From: the human T2T-CHM13v2.0 reference genome, Homo sapiens
DNA: 64,000 bases
Strand: one strand, 5' to 3'
Assembly: GCF_009914755.1 (NCBI RefSeq)
Contig: NC_060937.1
The first letter of the stretch is position 1. The number at the start of each line of letters is the position of its first letter. This document shows, in pieces, positions 58,501 to 64,000 of the stretch. The notes beneath the pieces were generated by a model, which ran no database searches, was not told the DNA's origin, and worked only from the letters and a program-made list of their open reading frames with translations. The position numbers and the translations under genes were made by a program.

Positions 58501-61500
58501 ATAAAATATTAAATTACCGACAATATGTATTGTATTGTGTACATAAAATATGAAAGTAACCAAACATTTATAATAAACTGTACATAAAATATCAAAGTAC
58601 TCAAACTGTATATGATATACTGTACATAAAGTATCAAAGTACCCAAACTGTGTAGTATATTCTGTACATAAAATATCAAGGTACCCAAAATATATATTGT
58701 AAACTGTAGATAAAATATCAAAGTACCCAAAATATATATTATATACTGTACATAAAATATGAAGGCACATCCAATATATATTATATTCTGTACATAAAAT
58801 ATCAAAGTACACCAAATGTATATTATATACTGTACATAAAATATCAAAGTACCCAAAGTGTATATTATATACTGTACATAAAATATGAAGGTTCATCAAA
58901 TATATTTTATATTCTGCACATAATATATCAAAGTACAGCAAATATATATTATATACTGTACATAAAATATCAAAGTACCCAAAATATGTATTATATACTG
59001 TACATAAAATATGAAAGTAACCAAACTTTTATAATAAACTGTACATAAAGTATCAAACTACTCAAACTACATATTATATACAGTATATAAAACGTCAAAG
59101 TACCCAAACTGTATATTATATACTGTACATAATATATCAAAGTACCCAAATATATAGCATACTGTACATAAAATATCAAAGTACCCAAAATATATATTAT
59201 ATACTGTACATAAAATATCAAAATACCCAAAATATATATTATATACTGTACATAAATTACCAAAGTACCCAAAGTATATATTATGTACCGTACAAAAAAT
59301 ATCAAAGTAGCCAAAATATGTATTATACACTGTACTTAATATATGAAAGTACCCAAACATTTATAATAAACTGTAAATAAAATATCAATGTACTCAAACT
59401 ATATATTATGTGCGGTACATAAGATATCAAAGTACCCATGCCATATAGTATATACTGTACTTAAAATATCAAAATACCCAAAATATATATTATATACGTT
59501 ACATAAACTATCAAATACACAAAGTATGTATTATATACTGTACATAAAATAGCAAAGTTCCCAAAATATGTATTATATACTGTACATAAAATATGAAAGT
59601 ACCCAACCATTTATAATAAACTCTACATAAAATACCAAAGTACCCAAACTGTGTATTATATACTGTCCATAAAATATCAAAGGACCCAAAATATATATTG
59701 TAAACTCTACATAAAATATCAAAGTAGCCAAAATACATATTGTATACTGTACATAAAATATAAAAGTACCCCAAATATATATTATATACTGTACATAAAA
59801 TATCAAAGTACCCATAATACATATTATATACTGTACATAAAATATCAAAGGACCCAAAATAAACATTATATACTGTACATAAAATATCCAAATACTCAAA
59901 ATATATATTACATACTGTACATAAAATATCAAAGTACCCAAATTATGTATTATATACTGTACGTAAAATATCAGAGTACCCAAAATATGCATTATATACT
60001 GTACATAAAATATGAAGGTACATCAAATATATAGTATATGCTGCACATAAAATATCAAAGTACCCAAAGTATGTATTATATACTGTACATAAAATATCAA
60101 AGTACCAAAAGTATATATTACCTACTGTAAATAAAATATGAAGATACCTCAAATATATATTATATTCTGTACATAAAATATCAAAGTACACCAAGTATAT
60201 ACTATATACTCTACATAAAATATTAAATTATCCAAAATATGTATTGTATTGTGTACATAAAATATGAAAGTAACCAAACATTTATAATAAACTGTACATA
60301 AAATATCAAAGTACTCAAACTTTATATTATATACTGTACATAAAGTATCAAAGTACCCAAACTGTGTAGTATATACTGTACATAAAATATCAAGGTACCC
60401 AAAATGTATATTGTAAACTGTAGATAAAATATCAAAGTACCCAAAATATATATTATATACTGTACATAAAATATGAAGGCACATCCAATATATATTATAT
60501 TCTGTACATAAAATATCAAAGTACACCAAATGTATATTATATACTGTACATAAAATATAAAACTACCCCAAATATATCTTATATACTCTACATAAAATAT
60601 CAAAGTACCCAAAATATATATTATATACTGTACATAAAATATCAAAGTACCCATAGTATGTATTATATCCTGTACATAAAATATGAAGGTACATCAAATA
60701 TATATTCTATTCTGCACATAAAATATCATATTGCACCAAATATATACTGTATACTGTATATAAAATATGAAGGTACTTCAAATATATATTATATGCTGCA
60801 CATAAAATATCAAAGTACCCAAAGTATGCATTATATACTGTACATAAAATATCAAAGTACCCAAAGTGTATATTATATACTGTACATAAAATATGAAGGT
60901 TCATCAAATATATTTTATATTCTGCACATAATATATCAAAGTACAGCAAATATATATTATATATTGTACATAAAATAACAAAGTACCAAAAATATGTATT
61001 ATATACTGTACATAAAATATGAAAGTAACCAAATATTTATAATAAACTGTATATAAAATATCAAAGTACTCAAACTACATATTATATACAGTATATAAAA
61101 TATCAAAGTACCCAAACTATATATTATATACTGTACATACTATATCAAAGTACCCAAATATATAGCATACTGTCCATAAAATATCGAAGTACCCAAAATA
61201 TATATTGTATACTGTACATAAAATATGAAGGTACATCAAAGATATATTATATCCTGTACATAAAATATCAAAGTACACCAAATATATATTATATGCTGTA
61301 CATAATATATTAAAGTCGACCAAATATATATTATATACTGTACATAAAATATGAAGGTACCTCAACTATATATTATATGCTGCACATAAAATATCAAAGT
61401 ACCCAAAGTATGTATTATATACTGTACATAAAATATCAAAGTACCCAAAGTATATATTATATACTGTACATAAAATATAAAATACCCCAAATATATATTA

Positions 61501-62671
61501 TATGCTGTACATAAAATATCAAAGTACACAAAATATGTATTATATACTGTACATACAATATAAAGGACCCAAAATATATACTATATACTGTACATAAAAT
61601 ATCAAAATACCCAAAATATATATTATATACTGTACATAAAGTACCAAAGTACCCAAAGTATATATTATATACCGTACAAAAAATATCAAAGTAGCCAAAA
61701 TATGTATTATACACTGTACATAATATATGAAAGTACCCAAACATTTATAATAAACTGTACATAAAATATCAATGTACTCAAACTATATATTATGTGCGGT
61801 ACATAAGATATCAAAGTACCCATACTATATAGTATATACTGTACTTAAAATATCAAAATACCCAAAATATATATTATATACGTTACATAAACTATCAAAT
61901 ACACAAAGTATGTATTATATACTGTACATAAAATAGCAAAGTTCCCAAAATATGTATTATATACTGTACATAAAATATGAAAGTACCCAACCATTTATAA
62001 TAAAGTCTACATAAAATACCAAAGTACCCAAACTGTGTATTATATACTGTCCATAAAATATCAAAGGACCCAAAATATATATCGTAAACTCTACATAAAA
62101 TATCAAAGTAGCCAAAATACATATTGTATACTGTACATAAAATATAAAAGTACCCCAAATATGTATTATATACTGTACATAAAATATCAAAGTACCGATA
62201 ATACATATTATATACTGTACATAAAATATCAGAGGACCCAAAATAAACATTATATACTGTACATAAAATATCCAAATACTCACAATATATATTACATACT
62301 GTACATAAAATATCAAAGTACCCAAATTATGTATTATATATTGTACGTAAAATATCAGAGTACCCAAAATATGCATTATATACTGTACATAAAATATGAA
62401 AGTAACAAAACATTTATAATAAACTGTACATAAAATATCAAAGTACTCAAACTATATATCATATACTGTACATAAAATATCAAAGTACCCAAATTGTGTA
62501 TTATTATATACTGTATATAAAATATCAAAGTACCTGAAATATATATTGTATACTGTACATAAAATATCAAAGTACCCAAAATATATACTATATACTGTAC
62601 ATAAAATATGAAGGTACATCAAATATATATTATGTCCTGTACATAAAATATCAAAGTACACCTATTATATA
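52525..62671 (+). repeat. Deleted A-B-A-B super-unit (10,147 bp = 2364+2763+5020)
   Basis: Markers at 52525, 54889, 57652 and 62672. It comprises A minus 649, B minus 544, then A minus 377 fused to B minus 922. Confidence 0.8.
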
Positions 62672-64000
62672 TTGTGTACTGTACATAATATATTAAATCG
62701 CCCAAATATATATTGTATACTGTATATAAAATATGAAGGTACTTCAAATATATATTATATGCTGCACATAAAATATCAAAGTACCCAAAGTATGCATTAC
62801 ATACTCTACATAAAATATCAAAGTACACATATTATATATTATATAATGTACATAAAATATGAAGGTTCATCAAATATATATTATATTCTGTACATAATAT
62901 ATCAAAGTACATCAAATATATATTATATACGGTACATAAAATATCAAAGTACCAAAAATATGTATTATATACTGTACATAAAACATGAAAGTAACCAAAC
63001 ATTTATAATAAACTGTACATTAAATATCAAAGTACTCAATGTACATATTATATACAGTATATAAAATATCAAAGTACACAAACTGTATATTATATACTGT
63101 ACATAATATATCAAAGTACCCAGAATATATAGCATACTGTACATAAAATATCAAAGTACCCAAAATATATATTGTATACTGTACATAAAATATGAAGGTA
63201 CATCAAAGATATATTATATTCTGTACATAAAATATCAAACTACACCAAATATATATTATATGCTGTACATAATATATTAAAGTTGCCCATATATGCATTA
63301 TATACTGTACATAAAATATGAACGTACATCAAATATATAGTATATGCTGCACATAAAATATCAAAGTACCCAAAGTATGTATTATACACTGTACATAAAA
63401 TATCAAAGTACCAAAAGTATATATTACATACTGTAAATAAAATATGAAGGTACGTCAAATATATATTCTATTCTATACATAAAATATCAAAGTACACCAA
63501 GTATATACTATATATTCTGCATAAAATATTAAATTACCCGAAATATGTATTGTATTGTGTACATAAAATATGAAAGTAACCAAACATTTATAATAAACTG
63601 TACATAAAATATCAAAGTACTCAAACTGTATATTATATACTGTACATAAAGTATCAAAGTACCCAAACTGTGTAGTATATACTGTACATAAAATATCAAG
63701 GTACCCAAAATATATATTGTAAACTGTAGATAAAATATCAAAGTACCCAAAATATATATTATATACTGTACATGAAATATGAAGGCACATCCAATATATA
63801 TTATACTCTGTACATAAAATATCAAAGTACACCAAATGTATATTCTATACTGTACATAAAATATCAAAGTACCCAAAGTGTATATTATATACTGTACATA
63901 AAATATGAAGGTTCATCAAATATATTTTATATTCTGCACATAATATATCAAAGTACAGCAAAATATCAAAATACCCAAAATATATATTATATACTGTACA
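62672..64000 (+). repeat. Start of another A unit carrying the 649-bp deletion junction (truncated by window end)
   Basis: The sequence tracks 52525-53853 at offset 10147, including the junction GTACAGCAAAATATCAAAATACCC at ~63953-63976. Confidence 0.8.

Larger units (their letters stand above)
1..64000 (+). repeat. HSat1A (Satellite 1A / SAR) 42-bp tandem satellite array filling the entire window, one orientation
   Basis: The motif ACATAAAATATCAAAGTACCCAAAATATATATTATATACTGT and its variants recur every ~42 bp from start to end. It has the 17+25 bp substructure separated by GTAC (RsaI) sites described for classical human satellite I (HSat1A). I saw no non-satellite sequence and no reverse-complement monomers. 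Confidence 0.96.

Noticed and set aside
1-64000. Hundreds of 60-197 aa ORFs on both strands with 14-aa repeats (YILYIKYQSTQNIY; YFDILCTVYNIYFG; TLIFYVQYIIYILG)
   Set aside because: 42 bp = 14 codons, so stop-free frames of the monomer stay open automatically. The ORFs overlap in several frames and on both strands, end at satellite indels, and resemble no protein family I recognise.
1-64000. CRISPR-like alternation of a conserved part (CTGTACATAAAATAT) and a more variable part
   Set aside because: The variable parts are all homologous 25-bp subunits rather than unique spacers, there are no cas genes or leader, and the repeat is a known primate satellite.
1-64000. Inversions or embedded transposons (Alu/L1, HSat1B) within the array
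   Set aside because: I saw no reverse-complement monomers, GC-rich tracts, poly(A) tails or target-site duplications on reading through. Very short insertions could have been missed.
1-64000. TATA-box-like (TATATAAA) and hormone-response half-site-like (TGTAC/TGTTC) motifs as promoters
   Set aside because: Such motifs are expected by composition in a very AT-rich repeat, and there is no associated gene or other promoter context.
1-64000. Alpha satellite / CENP-B boxes, or an AT-rich non-primate genome (e.g. Plasmodium, organelle)
   Set aside because: There is no 171-bp period and no CENP-B box motif. The 17+25-bp RsaI structure matches HSat1A specifically.
1-64000. Assignment to a particular chromosome (chr3, chr4, chr13 or another acrocentric) or species
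   Set aside because: There is no unique flanking sequence, so this requires alignment to complete assemblies, which I cannot run.

Overview
The whole 64 kb window is one uninterrupted, single-orientation array of an extremely AT-rich 42-bp satellite. The consensus is ACATAAAATATCAAAGT + ACCCAAAATATATATTATATACTGT, i.e. 17-bp and 25-bp subunits delimited by GTAC/RsaI sites, which matches human/hominoid Satellite 1A (HSat1A, RepeatMasker 'SAR'). This is pericentromeric or acrocentric-type heterochromatin; the chromosome cannot be assigned from this window. I find no credible genes, RNA genes, transposons or CRISPR arrays, and the ORF track is an artefact of a monomer length divisible by 3. I did not find a novel gene system. 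The notable content is a nested repeat hierarchy, read from the spacing of diagnostic variant monomers. The 42-bp monomers build two related macro-units, A (3013 bp) and B (3306/3307 bp = A + a 294-bp, 7-monomer block), which alternate as a ~6320-bp dimer. Above that sits a deletion-scarred A-B-A-B super-unit of 10,147 bp, with a further-deleted 8,683-bp derivative, plus long-range duplications at offsets of 14.7, 21.6 and 36.0 kb. Shared deletion breakpoints and A/B recombinant units allow a partial history of the array to be reconstructed. All lengths come from manual subtraction of marker coordinates, not from an alignment.
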